DNA of 64,000 nt from an uncultured Acidobacteriota bacterium (GCA_963713825.1 CAVQNG010000005.1:416001-480000); one strand, 5' to 3'; positions 49,141-58,034 are shown, numbered from the stretch's first letter. The notes: generated from the sequence alone by a model not told the origin. Program-made: numbers and translations.

Positions 49141-49430
49141 GAGGTTGAGGTGCTCGGCGACTTCGCCGATCGGTCCTTGAGGGCTTGGGGTTGAGGCAGT
49201 CGGTCGTGCCATCCGGCTGTTCTTCTGGGTCCTGGGCAAAAGACCGAAAACTTGTTGAGGTCCGTCCGGGTGGTTCGCAGGGGGACGGCGACGGCTACTC
49301 AGACTGTGACGGATGGGCCGCCACCTTGTCTCGTCATCGCGCCTCATCTGTCTTGCCCTTCGATGGACCTTGCGCTGCACTCGACTCGGCACCCCCTATC
49401 GGACCACCCGAACGGGCCTCCAATCATCAG
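49141..49430 (-). repeat. Modular repeat, copy F (partial, reverse: T-T-Y)
   Basis: Starts 1 nt after a TAG stop; Y 49257-49420. Confidence 0.82.
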
Positions 49431-49471
49431 CGATCAAGTGTTCTCGGGCGAGATCAGGTGTGGCGCGAAAG

Positions 49472-49502
49472 AAAAACGGCCGACCCGAGGGTCGGCCGTT
49501 TT
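49472..49502. terminator. Bidirectional intrinsic terminator
   Basis: AAAAACGGCCGACC-CGAG-GGTCGGCCGTTTT. Confidence 0.9.
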
Positions 49503-49522
49503 GGAACGTCGAGGGCCTTGCA

Positions 49523-50791
49523 CTAGAAGCCCCAGGAGTAGCTGATCTCGATGTCCCACTGACTCATGGCCAGGGTGATGTCCTGCAGGCCAGGAACCTC
49601 GAGCATATTGGGTCCGGTGACCTCGACCTCGGGGGCGTACATCAGCGAGAAATTGAGACCGCTGCTGTCGCCGAAAGCCCTGGTGAAGCCGAAGGTGAAG
49701 TGGTCTTCCATGACGCCGGGGGCGAGGATGTTGAACAGCACCTCGCTCTCCGGGATCGGCTGGTCGGTGAACGAATAGCCGAAGCGCCACGCCCAGGCGT
49801 TCTCGGGGTCGTATTGCAGACCGAACTTCCAGACGGACATATCCTGCCAGCCGAAGCCGGCGCCGCCGTCGTCTCCCAGCCGTGCCGTCTGCAGGTTGGG
49901 CAGCAGTGGGTTGCTGATCGACTTGATGTTGCTGTAGTAGATGTCCTGATAGTCGACGAGCAGGCTCATGGCCGGCGTTGCGTGGATGGCGATGCCAGCG
50001 GTCAGGCTAGCCGGGATGTTGAACCCGCCCCGCTCGGCGAACAGGCCCGCATAGTCGGTGAACTCGTCCATGCTCATCTCGGTCTCGTAGGAGATACCGA
50101 ACGAGAACCGGTCGGTGAACCGCCCCAGGTAGCCTACCTTGGCGCCGTAGCCGGTGGAGGTGGACTTGCCGTTGTCTGAGAGCTTGGTGGGATCGGAGGA
50201 GAAAGGCGCGAAACTGCCGACGCCCTGGGCCTCGAAGGTCTGGTAGACAAAGATCGGCATGATGCCGATGGAGTGTTTGTCCGCGAACTCGACAGCCCAG
50301 GGAATGCCTACGAAGAGCTGCTCGAGATTCACGCCAGTGGGCTGGCCGGCATAGAAGGTCGCAGCAGGGTAGTCGGTGTTCATTCCACCATGACCATAGA
50401 GGTTGACGCCCAGGGTCATGTTGTCACCGATTCGCCAGCTGCCGCCGAAGTAGGGGATGTAGAAGTAGTTGGAATCGCTCTCCACCTTTCCGGGTGTCAA
50501 GCCAAAGGTGCCGGGGAAACCAGAGGGGTTGCCCGTTACCGTGTAAGACCGGTCGGGGCTGAAGACCCCGATTCCGGCATCGTAGCGCTTGCCCACGACC
50601 ACCATTCCAGCCGGGTTGGTCGCCGCTGCCATGGTGTCCTGAGGCATGGCCACGCCGGCGCCCGCAAGCGCTTTGGCGATGGTGCCGTAACCATGAGCGA
50701 AGTAGCCGTTGGTGGCCTGAGCGGGCGAGACCATCGCCAGAGCCAGGAGAACGGCCAATGATCCGAAGAGGATCCTGTGAAACTTGGTCAT
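49523..50791 (-). CDS. FadL/TodX/OmpP1 family outer-membrane channel (copy 1)
   Basis: ATNGYFAHGYG..LAGAGVA..NPAG hatch motif; GFGWQD; C-terminal YSWGF. Confidence 0.88.
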   Translation of the reverse strand: MTKFHRILFGSLAVLLALAMVSPAQATNGYFAHGYGTIAKALAGAGVAMPQDTMAAATNPAGMVVVGKRYDAGIGVFSPDRSYTVTGNPSGFPGTFGLTPGKVESDSNYFYIPYFGGSWRIGDNMTLGVNLYGHGGMNTDYPAATFYAGQPTGVNLEQLFVGIPWAVEFADKHSIGIMPIFVYQTFEAQGVGSFAPFSSDPTKLSDNGKSTSTGYGAKVGYLGRFTDRFSFGISYETEMSMDEFTDYAGLFAERGGFNIPASLTAGIAIHATPAMSLLVDYQDIYYSNIKSISNPLLPNLQTARLGDDGGAGFGWQDMSVWKFGLQYDPENAWAWRFGYSFTDQPIPESEVLFNILAPGVMEDHFTFGFTRAFGDSSGLNFSLMYAPEVEVTGPNMLEVPGLQDITLAMSQWDIEISYSWGF

Positions 50792-51102
50792 TTGAATCTG
50801 CCTCCCTTGTTATCGGTCTTGCTTGGTACAACCAACAACACGATTCTCGGTACTGCTGATACGCAGCTTCCCAAGTTGGCGCGATCTCATGATGTGGGGT
50901 CGACAAACAAGTGGAAAGCTCAGCCGACAAACAGCCGAGCAATCGATCTGGCTTGGGTATGGTGCCACGCAGGTCCTTTTCGGACCACGGTCAACGGGAT
51001 GGCTCTGTCGCCCCTGCAGGGTGGGATTCGAGCCCTGAAATAGGGTGGTTGGATCGAGCGAGCCTACTCTTTTGGGTAGGTAGCGTGATTGGATTGTCAG
51101 TG

Positions 51103-51138
51103 GAAACAAAGAGGCCCCTCTCCGTAGAAAGGGGCCTG
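51103..51138 (-). terminator. Intrinsic terminator of the tusA-dsrE2-cstR operon
   Basis: Minus strand AGGCCCCTTTCTACGGAGAGGGGCCT then CTTTGTTT. Confidence 0.75.
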
Positions 51139-51163
51139 TACTCGATTCGTGGCTAGCGGACGA

Positions 51164-51463
51164 TCAACCGTAACGATTCAGGAGGCTCAGGACCTCCGAG
51201 ACTTCCTCTCGAACTTCGGGTGTGTCGCAGGCGTGGCCGGCCAGCCGGCGGGAGACAGCACAGGAGATCTGGTCGCTGAAGGCCTTGTTGAGCGCCCCGC
51301 GGGCCGCAGCCAGCTGCTGGGCGATCTTCTCGCAGTCTTCGTCGTCAGAGATCATCTTCTGGATGCCGCGAAGCTGACCCTCGACCCGTGCCAGTCGGGC
51401 CAGTAGGCGCTTCTTGTCCTCGATCGGCACGACCGCTTTCTTGATCGGTGCTACAGAAGCCAT
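51164..51463 (-). CDS. CsoR/RcnR-family repressor, CstR-like (persulfide-sensing)
   Basis: RLARVEGQLRGIQKM..DCEKIAQQLAA; second Cys (DQISC) lacks the CsoR His; sulfur-gene context. Confidence 0.85.
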   Translation of the reverse strand: MASVAPIKKAVVPIEDKKRLLARLARVEGQLRGIQKMISDDEDCEKIAQQLAAARGALNKAFSDQISCAVSRRLAGHACDTPEVREEVSEVLSLLNRYG

Positions 51464-51495
51464 GGTGTTCCTTCCTGGCGCGCAAAAAGAGAGAA

Positions 51496-52074
51496 TCAAA
51501 TAAAGAGATTCGTTCGGGACCTGAGGGACTCACCCAGGAACGCGGCCACGCCAGCGGGCTCGAGACCGTCCATGAGCTCCTCGTCCGCGATCCCCATCAC
51601 ATCCTTGGACATCTCGCAGGCCAGCATCTTCACACCCATCTCTCTGGCCATTTCGATCATTTCCTCGAGCGAGGAAACGTTGTTGTCCTTCATCATCTGG
51701 CGCAGCATCTTGGCGCCGACACCGAAGTAGTTCATCTTGGAGACGGGCAGTTGCGTGGAATTGCTCGGGCTCATGACCGACATCATCTTCTCGAACAGGC
51801 CCTTGCCAGCCAGGTTGCTGTCCTTCTTGAGAACACTCAAGCCCCAGAAGGTGAAGAACATGCTGACTTCCTGGCCCAGGGCGGCGGCGCCCGTGGCGAT
51901 GACGAAAGCAGCCAGGACGCGGTCCAGGTCGCCGGAGAAGACGATCAGGGCGACCATGTCCTCAGGCTGTGATTCCTCGAGGCTCTGTACACGCTGCTCG
52001 ACGGCGGATAGCCGCTCCAGCAGCTCGTTCACGTCGACTTTGCCGCTTGGGGTCGTGACATCACTTACCGACAT
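51496..52074 (-). CDS. DsrE2 (DsrE/DsrF/DrsH-like, YrkE-type) sulfur carrier
   Basis: FSGDLD, MFFTFWGL, ACEMSKDVMG. Confidence 0.9.
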   Translation of the reverse strand: MSVSDVTTPSGKVDVNELLERLSAVEQRVQSLEESQPEDMVALIVFSGDLDRVLAAFVIATGAAALGQEVSMFFTFWGLSVLKKDSNLAGKGLFEKMMSVMSPSNSTQLPVSKMNYFGVGAKMLRQMMKDNNVSSLEEMIEMAREMGVKMLACEMSKDVMGIADEELMDGLEPAGVAAFLGESLRSRTNLFI

Positions 52075-52086
52075 CGTGGTGCTCCT

Positions 52087-52341
52087 TTAGCTGGTCTTCT
52101 GGATGAAGTGGAGGAAAAGCTCGGTACCGTCTTCTTCGACGGTCTCCTGGCCCAGAAGCTCGACGTTCTTGCCGATCTTGGCCCAGCCCTGAAAGTCCTT
52201 GATGGAGCCGCGGTCTGTGCTGATGATCCTGAGGACCTGTCCCTCAGTCAGCTCGCCGATTTTCTTGCGGGCCTTGACCACGGGCATGGGGCAGTTGAGG
52301 CCTTTGGTGTCGAGAGTCTCGTCGTAGTGGACTTCATTCAT
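52087..52341 (-). CDS. tusA: TusA family sulfurtransferase
   Basis: LDTKGLNCPMPVV, STDRGS. Confidence 0.92.
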   Translation of the reverse strand: MNEVHYDETLDTKGLNCPMPVVKARKKIGELTEGQVLRIISTDRGSIKDFQGWAKIGKNVELLGQETVEEDGTELFLHFIQKTS

Positions 52342-52432
52342 GATTCGCGTCCTCTTCTGCCGCTGATGCGGCTGCCGAATCCAAGGTAGATGTGCTTCCC
52401 TGTAATCACAAGTAAGGTCCGTTGAATCTAGG

Positions 52433-52448
52433 ATACCCCTGGTGGTAT
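52433..52448. promoter_or_regulatory. CsoR/CstR-type operator in the divergent promoter
   Basis: ATACC-CCTGGT-GGTAT palindrome with C/G tracts, typical of CsoR-family operators. Confidence 0.75.
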
Positions 52449-52550
52449 TGTCAAGCGGCCTTTGATTCAGTAGAAGGAGGGGGACCTTGTCGCCGAGGCG
52501 AGCCGATCTCGGGCTCGTCGGGAAATGAAGCCATCGAGGAGGAAGAAACC

Positions 52551-53783
52551 ATGACGTCAGCCGATTCCTCAGCCATGGAGTGGCAGCCAGGGCAGCTGCT
52601 GGAGCACCTGGAGCGGGAAGACGACCTGTTCATCTTCGACGTTCGGAACGAAGACGAATACGAGAGTTGGAAGATCGAGGGGAAGAAGAAGATCCCCATG
52701 GTCAACGTGCCTTACTACGAGATGCTCGAAGTCGATGAGCACGACGACGTGGTCGACACCTTCGTCGACTATCTCGAAGGTGCATGGATGGACAAGCTGC
52801 CCAAGGAGACGCCGATTCTGGCCGTCTGCGCCAAGGGTGACACCTCGGAGTACGTTGCCGAGGCCATGCGACGACTGGGTTTCGATGCTTTCAACATGGC
52901 GGGTGGCACCAAGGCCTGGGGCGACTACTACCACGTGCGCGCCATCGAGGAGACGGAGCATCGCAGTGTGTACCAGATCAGTCGTCCGGCGCGGGGTTGC
53001 CTGAGCTATCTCATCGGCAGTGCTGGTAAGGCCGCGCTCATCGACCCGCTGCGGCACGAACAGCACTATCTCGACCTGGCAGCCGAGAAAGGTCTCGAGA
53101 TCGTTCTGGTTCTGGATACCCACGGGCATGCGGATCACATCAGTGGCGGTCCGGCGATCGCCGAGCATTCTGGAGCGCCTTACTACCTGCACCCCTACGA
53201 TGGGATTCACCCCATCGACGTCCTGCCGGCCAAGATCCCGTACCTGTTCGTCCGTGACGAGCAGGAATTCAAGGTGGGGGAGTGCACGATCCACACGTTT
53301 CACATTCCAGGTCATACGCTGGGTAACCTGGCGTACCTGTTGGACGGCAAGTATCTGTTCACCGGTGACAGCATCTTCATCAAGTCCATCGCACGACCCG
53401 ATCTAGGCGGCCACGGCGACACCTGGGCGCCGATCCACTATCAGTCGCTGCGTAGGTTGCTGGAGCTGTCGGAGGATGTGATCGTCTTGCCGGCCCACTT
53501 CGCCACGCTCGCCGAGGAGAATGGACAGGGACTGTTTGCGGATTCTCTCGGCGAGCTGAAGAAGGTCAATGACGGCCTGCTGATGGTCCAGAAGGGCGAG
53601 GAGGCGTTCGTCAGCTACATCCTCGCGAGTCTGCCCAAGTTCCCGGAGGAATACATCGAGATCAAGCGCGTTAACGCGGGCCTGGTCGAAGTGGGTGAGG
53701 CAAAGGCCTCGGAGCTCGAGCTGGGCAAGAACATCTGCGCGCTCTCAGAAGCCTACGAAGACGACGAAGCGGCGGCCGGCTGA
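52551..53783 (+). CDS. Rhodanese + MBL-fold persulfide dioxygenase-like fusion (YrkH-type order)
   Basis: DVR..VCAKGDTS rhodanese; GCLSY, THGHADH, PGHT, TGD, ARPDL, PAH; C-terminal GKNICA. Confidence 0.9.
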   Translation: MTSADSSAMEWQPGQLLEHLEREDDLFIFDVRNEDEYESWKIEGKKKIPMVNVPYYEMLEVDEHDDVVDTFVDYLEGAWMDKLPKETPILAVCAKGDTSEYVAEAMRRLGFDAFNMAGGTKAWGDYYHVRAIEETEHRSVYQISRPARGCLSYLIGSAGKAALIDPLRHEQHYLDLAAEKGLEIVLVLDTHGHADHISGGPAIAEHSGAPYYLHPYDGIHPIDVLPAKIPYLFVRDEQEFKVGECTIHTFHIPGHTLGNLAYLLDGKYLFTGDSIFIKSIARPDLGGHGDTWAPIHYQSLRRLLELSEDVIVLPAHFATLAEENGQGLFADSLGELKKVNDGLLMVQKGEEAFVSYILASLPKFPEEYIEIKRVNAGLVEVGEAKASELELGKNICALSEAYEDDEAAAG

Positions 53784-53891
53784 GCCCGGGCCACGAGCTC
53801 TTTTCGAGTTGGCTCCCCGTCTTGAATCCAAGACGGCCCGAGGTCGTGAGACCTCGAGCCGCTCGGGTTGTCCGATCACCACTTCTGGCAA

Positions 53892-54284
53892 TCAGTCTGC
53901 GTCGTCGGGCTGCTCCGGATCCACCCCCGGCGGTTCCGGATGAGGCGCCATGAGGTACTCTCGCAGACCTTCCATGTCGGTGGCGAGTGACTGATACTGC
54001 TTGCCCTGCTTGGTCAGCTTGGCAGAGCCAGGCTTGCGTACATGGCAGGCTGTGCACTTACCGAAGTCCTGCGTTACGTGGTCATACCCGTCGAATGAGC
54101 CCATGAGCTCGTAGTATTTGCCCTCGTCGGTCATCAATTTGCTGCCGGGCTTGTCATGGCAGACCGTGCAGGCGGCGTCTTCCTTGTTGGCGATCGCCTT
54201 GGTGGCAAAAGCCGAGCCGGCGGGAATCAGCTGTGCAGCCAACGCTATGGCAGTGATACCAGCGATGATCCATAGTTTCTTCAT
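53892..54284 (-). CDS. Small periplasmic diheme c-type cytochrome (internal duplication)
   Basis: Signal peptide; CTVCHDKPGSKLMTDEGKYY and CTACHVRKPGSAKLTKQGKQY. Confidence 0.85.
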   Translation of the reverse strand: MKKLWIIAGITAIALAAQLIPAGSAFATKAIANKEDAACTVCHDKPGSKLMTDEGKYYELMGSFDGYDHVTQDFGKCTACHVRKPGSAKLTKQGKQYQSLATDMEGLREYLMAPHPEPPGVDPEQPDDAD

Positions 54285-54327
54285 GATCTTGGTCTCCTGA
54301 GGAGCCTAGGTGGCGCCTCGCTTGTCC

Positions 54328-55647
54328 TCATTTCCTCGCCCAGGCCCACGAAATACCGAAAGCGGCCGTCCACTGACTGTGCTCGACTGTCGTTCCCGGA
54401 CCGAAGGGATTCACCTGGGGATTGGGGTTGTTGTTGGTCTGTGATGTGTTGAAGGCGTGCTCGATCCCGAACTCATAGGAGATGCTGCCCGCCAGGTAGC
54501 TGAAGCCGAAGGAGAGGTGGTCTTCGACGGTGGCGGGAAACAGCGGGTTGAGGGTGTCATCGGGAACCGGATTCTCACCGTAGTTGTAGCCGGCCCTCAG
54601 GGTCAGCGTGTCGTTCACCCGGTAGTCGGCGCCGAAAGCGTAGACCCATTGATCCTTCCAGTTGAAGACGAAGGGCAGGACCACCTCATCGAATGGCGGC
54701 GGTAGGGGTGCGTCTGGGTTCTTGCCCGTTACCGTGATGGTGTCAATGGCGTCATCCCAGTAGTTCTTCTTGATATCGAGCGCCAGTATCCATCGGTCGT
54801 TGGGTCGCAGGGCGAAGCCGACGCCGGCTTGAGCCGCGAACGTGAATCCGTCCACCTCAGCTTCGTACCCGACCTTCTGTCCGATGAACGGGAATCCGTT
54901 GTAGTTGACCGCCAGGTCACCTCCGGTGAAATCGCTCTTGGTCTCGGTCTGGTAAATGGCGCCGACCGAGAACTTTGGCGTCGCTCGCCACATCCATCCC
55001 AGTCGGAAGTTGTATTGCAGACCGCCAGCCGTACCCATTTCCACTCCGGGAAAGCTGAAGGCGGGGTTGTCGGTGTTGAAGAACGAGGTTTCGGGCCAGA
55101 ACGCGAACGCGACATCCGCATAACCGACATTGGCTGCAAGTCCAATCGACATGTCTTCGTTGATGGCGTACGAGACGGTTGGAACGAGTGTTCCGAAGCG
55201 GACCTCGCTGTCCGTCTTGTCCTGGGTGCCGAAGAAGGTGTTCGTGTTCTTGAACGTGGCACCCATTCCTCCCTGGGCGACCATTCCGATCCCCCAGGAC
55301 CATGGCGAATCTTTGCCGGCACGCACATAGGCGAAGGAGGGCAGCGGGAAGTAGCTGCTCTCGGAGTCGATAGGCGACGGATTGACCATGTTCTCGAAGG
55401 TCAGCGATGGAACCAATACTGCGAGGTTGGCCGTAAAGTGGTTTCCCTGGAGTTGAGAGATGCCGGCCGGGTTGAAGTTGATCGCCAGGCTCCGGTCCGA
55501 GATGGCGAGATTGGCGCCACCTCGACCCAGGGTCTCTGCTCCATAGGCGGTGAGGTACATGCCGTTGGTGGCGGGCAGTTGAGCCGGGGCCACCAGAACC
55601 ATGACCATAAATGCCAGTGGCCAGGCGCGAATTATTCGGGTGTACAT
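54328..55647 (-). CDS. FadL/TodX/OmpP1 family outer-membrane channel (copy 2)
   Basis: ATNGMYLTAYG..GRGG..NPAG; WKDQW, LRAGYNYGENP. Confidence 0.88.
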   Translation of the reverse strand: MYTRIIRAWPLAFMVMVLVAPAQLPATNGMYLTAYGAETLGRGGANLAISDRSLAINFNPAGISQLQGNHFTANLAVLVPSLTFENMVNPSPIDSESSYFPLPSFAYVRAGKDSPWSWGIGMVAQGGMGATFKNTNTFFGTQDKTDSEVRFGTLVPTVSYAINEDMSIGLAANVGYADVAFAFWPETSFFNTDNPAFSFPGVEMGTAGGLQYNFRLGWMWRATPKFSVGAIYQTETKSDFTGGDLAVNYNGFPFIGQKVGYEAEVDGFTFAAQAGVGFALRPNDRWILALDIKKNYWDDAIDTITVTGKNPDAPLPPPFDEVVLPFVFNWKDQWVYAFGADYRVNDTLTLRAGYNYGENPVPDDTLNPLFPATVEDHLSFGFSYLAGSISYEFGIEHAFNTSQTNNNPNPQVNPFGPGTTVEHSQWTAAFGISWAWARK

Positions 55648-55709
55648 GATTGTCTCCTGAAAAATCCGGTGCTCGATGAGTTGGGAAGGTCCCAATCAGG
55701 GCATCGGGA

Positions 55710-56246
55710 TCAGATAAAGATGATCTGTGCTCCAGCGCTCTTCTCGTAGAAGTCCATTACAGTCAGGACCTCATCGACCTGAGGCAACAGGTCCGTTTCT
55801 TCGAGCTTGAACATGTCCATGGCCATGCGGCAGGCATAGAGCTCTGCGCCGGCGTCGGAGAGCATCTCGATGAACTCCCGTACTGGTGGGATGTCGAGAT
55901 CCTCCATCTGCTTCTTCATCATCTTGCTGGCCACGGCTTCCATGCCCGGCAGTCCACCGACCATCGTCGGCATCATGGGCAGGGCGGGATTGCCGACGGT
56001 CGCCACGTGAAGGTTGTCGACCTTCTTCTCGGTAATCATGTCGAGGCCCCAGAAGGTGAAGAACACCATGGCCTCGATGCCCATCATCCGGGCGCCGTTG
56101 GCCATCACCAGCCCGGGATAGGCCATGTCCAGAGAGCCTTTCGAGCAGATGATGCTGACCCTCTCTATCGGTTCTCGTTGGGGCTCCTCGTCCGCTACCG
56201 TGGGCTGTCCACTGATGACGGGTTCGTTGATTGTTGTCGTTGTCAT
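55710..56246 (-). CDS. DsrE2-family protein
   Basis: ICSKGSLDMAYP, FFTFWGL, YACRMAMD. Confidence 0.9.
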   Translation of the reverse strand: MTTTTINEPVISGQPTVADEEPQREPIERVSIICSKGSLDMAYPGLVMANGARMMGIEAMVFFTFWGLDMITEKKVDNLHVATVGNPALPMMPTMVGGLPGMEAVASKMMKKQMEDLDIPPVREFIEMLSDAGAELYACRMAMDMFKLEETDLLPQVDEVLTVMDFYEKSAGAQIIFI

Positions 56247-56323
56247 GATCGTCTCTCAGTTCCTTGATAGATCGAGCTCGATTGCCAGATCGATGCTCGG
56301 TTTTGTTTGGTTTTTCGATGGCC

Positions 56324-56641
56324 TCAGATGCAGCCTTGGGGCTTCGGCAGACCGGACACCATGGCGGCAAGCTTGCCGGGGCCCTTTGGAAACAACTGGT
56401 AGAGGTCCTTCATGTTGACACCCGAGTTTTTGGAGATCCGACGCAGCCCCGGGGGCGTTCCCTGCTTGGCCGCATCCTCCCGGCAGAAGGTGATGACCTT
56501 CCAATGCTGGTCGTTGAGCTCGTCGATGCCGATTTCTTTGGCGATGGCCTCGGCTACCTCGGGTGTCCACTGACTGCTATCCATCAGAAAGCCCTCGTCG
56601 TTGACCTCGATGGACTGTCCGGCGTACTCGACTACTGGCAT
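56324..56641 (-). CDS. tusE: TusE/DsrC-family sulfur relay protein (single C-terminal Cys)
   Basis: DEGFL..W..HWKVI..LYQLFPKGP..GLPKPQGCI. Confidence 0.88.
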   Translation of the reverse strand: MPVVEYAGQSIEVNDEGFLMDSSQWTPEVAEAIAKEIGIDELNDQHWKVITFCREDAAKQGTPPGLRRISKNSGVNMKDLYQLFPKGPGKLAAMVSGLPKPQGCI

Positions 56642-56712
56642 GTTGGTGCCTCCTTTCAACAACTTGTTTGGCAGTAATTTCGATCAATGCGAATTCGAAG
56701 AATCTGGGTCTC

Positions 56713-57975
56713 TCAAGAGGTCAACTCTGCATCCGCTGCGAGCTTGCCCGGGCGCTTCTTCCCAACCATCGACATCTGGTTCGGAACCGGAATCGGATGG
56801 CCGGGCAGCAGCGCGTGCCAGTAAACGTGCCGGAACATGAGCTTGCCCCAGTGGTTGAACCGGCTTTCCTTGAGGAGCGGGAAGGGGCCCACGGTCGGGA
56901 GAGGGTAGACGCCCGGCAGCGGCTCCTGCTCGTAGTTGAAATCGATCAGCATGGCCCTGCCGTAGCCGCTCTCGATGAAGCAGTTGGCGTGGCCGTCGAA
57001 GACCGCCTTGGGAGTCTCGCCCTTGATGAGGTGCAGAACGTTGTCCACGACCACTTCGGCCTGGAAGTGCGCCACCGAGCCGGCCTTCGAGGTCGGCAGG
57101 TCCGTAGCGTCGCCAAGCACGAAAATGTTGTCGTAGTTGTTGGCGATCAGGCTGTGTCGGTCGGTCGGAATGAAGGCCAGGTCGTCGCCCAAGCCTGAAT
57201 CTTGGATGAACTGGGCACCCATGTGCGTCGGGATGGTGATCAACATGTCGAAGGGGACTTCGCGCTCGTCGTAGGAGCGCAGCACCTTGCGATCGACATC
57301 CACTTCGCTGGCGTTGTACTCGGCCTCGACCTTGATGCCGCGGTCGTCGAGGATGCCGCCCAGGGCTTTCGCGGCGATGGGCTTGGTGAAGGCGCCGTCG
57401 AGGGGTGTGACGTAGGTCAGCTCGACGTTGTCCCGGATGCCCTTCTCGGTGAAGAAAGACTCTGCGAGGAACGTGATCTCCAAGGGTGCGACGGGGCACT
57501 TGATGGGCATCTCGACGGTGTTCACGACCACCCTGCCGCCTTCGAACGTCTTCAGGGCATCGCGCATGGCAACCGAGCCCTCGAGTGTGTAGAAGTCGAA
57601 AATGCTCTTCTGCCACTCGTCGCCGAGAAGCCCAGGAGTCTCTTCCGGGCGAATATGGGAGCCGGTGGCGATCACGAGAAGGTCGTATGGGACCTTGTCG
57701 TCGCCGTCGAGAATGACTTGATTGTTGTCGGCATCGACCTGCTGGACCTGGCGCTGGATCCACTCGATTCCCTTGCCGAGAGTGCTCTTCCGCGGCCGAA
57801 TGGTCTTTTCCGGAGTCTGCATCTCGAACGGGATGAAGATGAGATCCGGCTGAAACAGGTGGTCGGTGTCCGGGTCGATGATCTTCAACGCCCAATCCGA
57901 GGGCAACTTCTTGCGGAGCATGTTGGCGACGGTCGTGCCCGCCGTACCAGCTCCCAGGATGACGAAGTTCTTCAT
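56713..57975 (-). CDS. sqr: Sulfide:quinone oxidoreductase, type III-like
   Basis: GAGTAG, KCPVAPLE, LGDATDLPTSKAGSVAH, GHANCFIE, NHWGK. Confidence 0.85.
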   Translation of the reverse strand: MKNFVILGAGTAGTTVANMLRKKLPSDWALKIIDPDTDHLFQPDLIFIPFEMQTPEKTIRPRKSTLGKGIEWIQRQVQQVDADNNQVILDGDDKVPYDLLVIATGSHIRPEETPGLLGDEWQKSIFDFYTLEGSVAMRDALKTFEGGRVVVNTVEMPIKCPVAPLEITFLAESFFTEKGIRDNVELTYVTPLDGAFTKPIAAKALGGILDDRGIKVEAEYNASEVDVDRKVLRSYDEREVPFDMLITIPTHMGAQFIQDSGLGDDLAFIPTDRHSLIANNYDNIFVLGDATDLPTSKAGSVAHFQAEVVVDNVLHLIKGETPKAVFDGHANCFIESGYGRAMLIDFNYEQEPLPGVYPLPTVGPFPLLKESRFNHWGKLMFRHVYWHALLPGHPIPVPNQMSMVGKKRPGKLAADAELTS

Positions 57976-58017
57976 GAAAGTTCCTTTCTCTAGAATCGTT
58001 GCTCGCTCATATTGAGT

Positions 58018-58034
58018 AGCATTGAGCGTGCCAA
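58018..58034 (-). promoter_or_regulatory. Sigma-54 (-24/-12) promoter of the sqr operon
   Basis: Minus strand TTGGCACGCTCAATGCT = GG-N10-GC with TGGCAC, about 43 nt upstream of the ATG. Confidence 0.85.

Noticed and set aside
51010-51050. tRNA-like GGGATTCGAGCCC segment
   Set aside because: T-loop reads GCTCGA rather than GTTCGA, and no cloverleaf or acceptor stem could be built
56324-56641. dsrC as evidence of dissimilatory sulfate reduction
   Set aside because: Lacks the second conserved Cys, and no dsrAB/MKJOP is in the window
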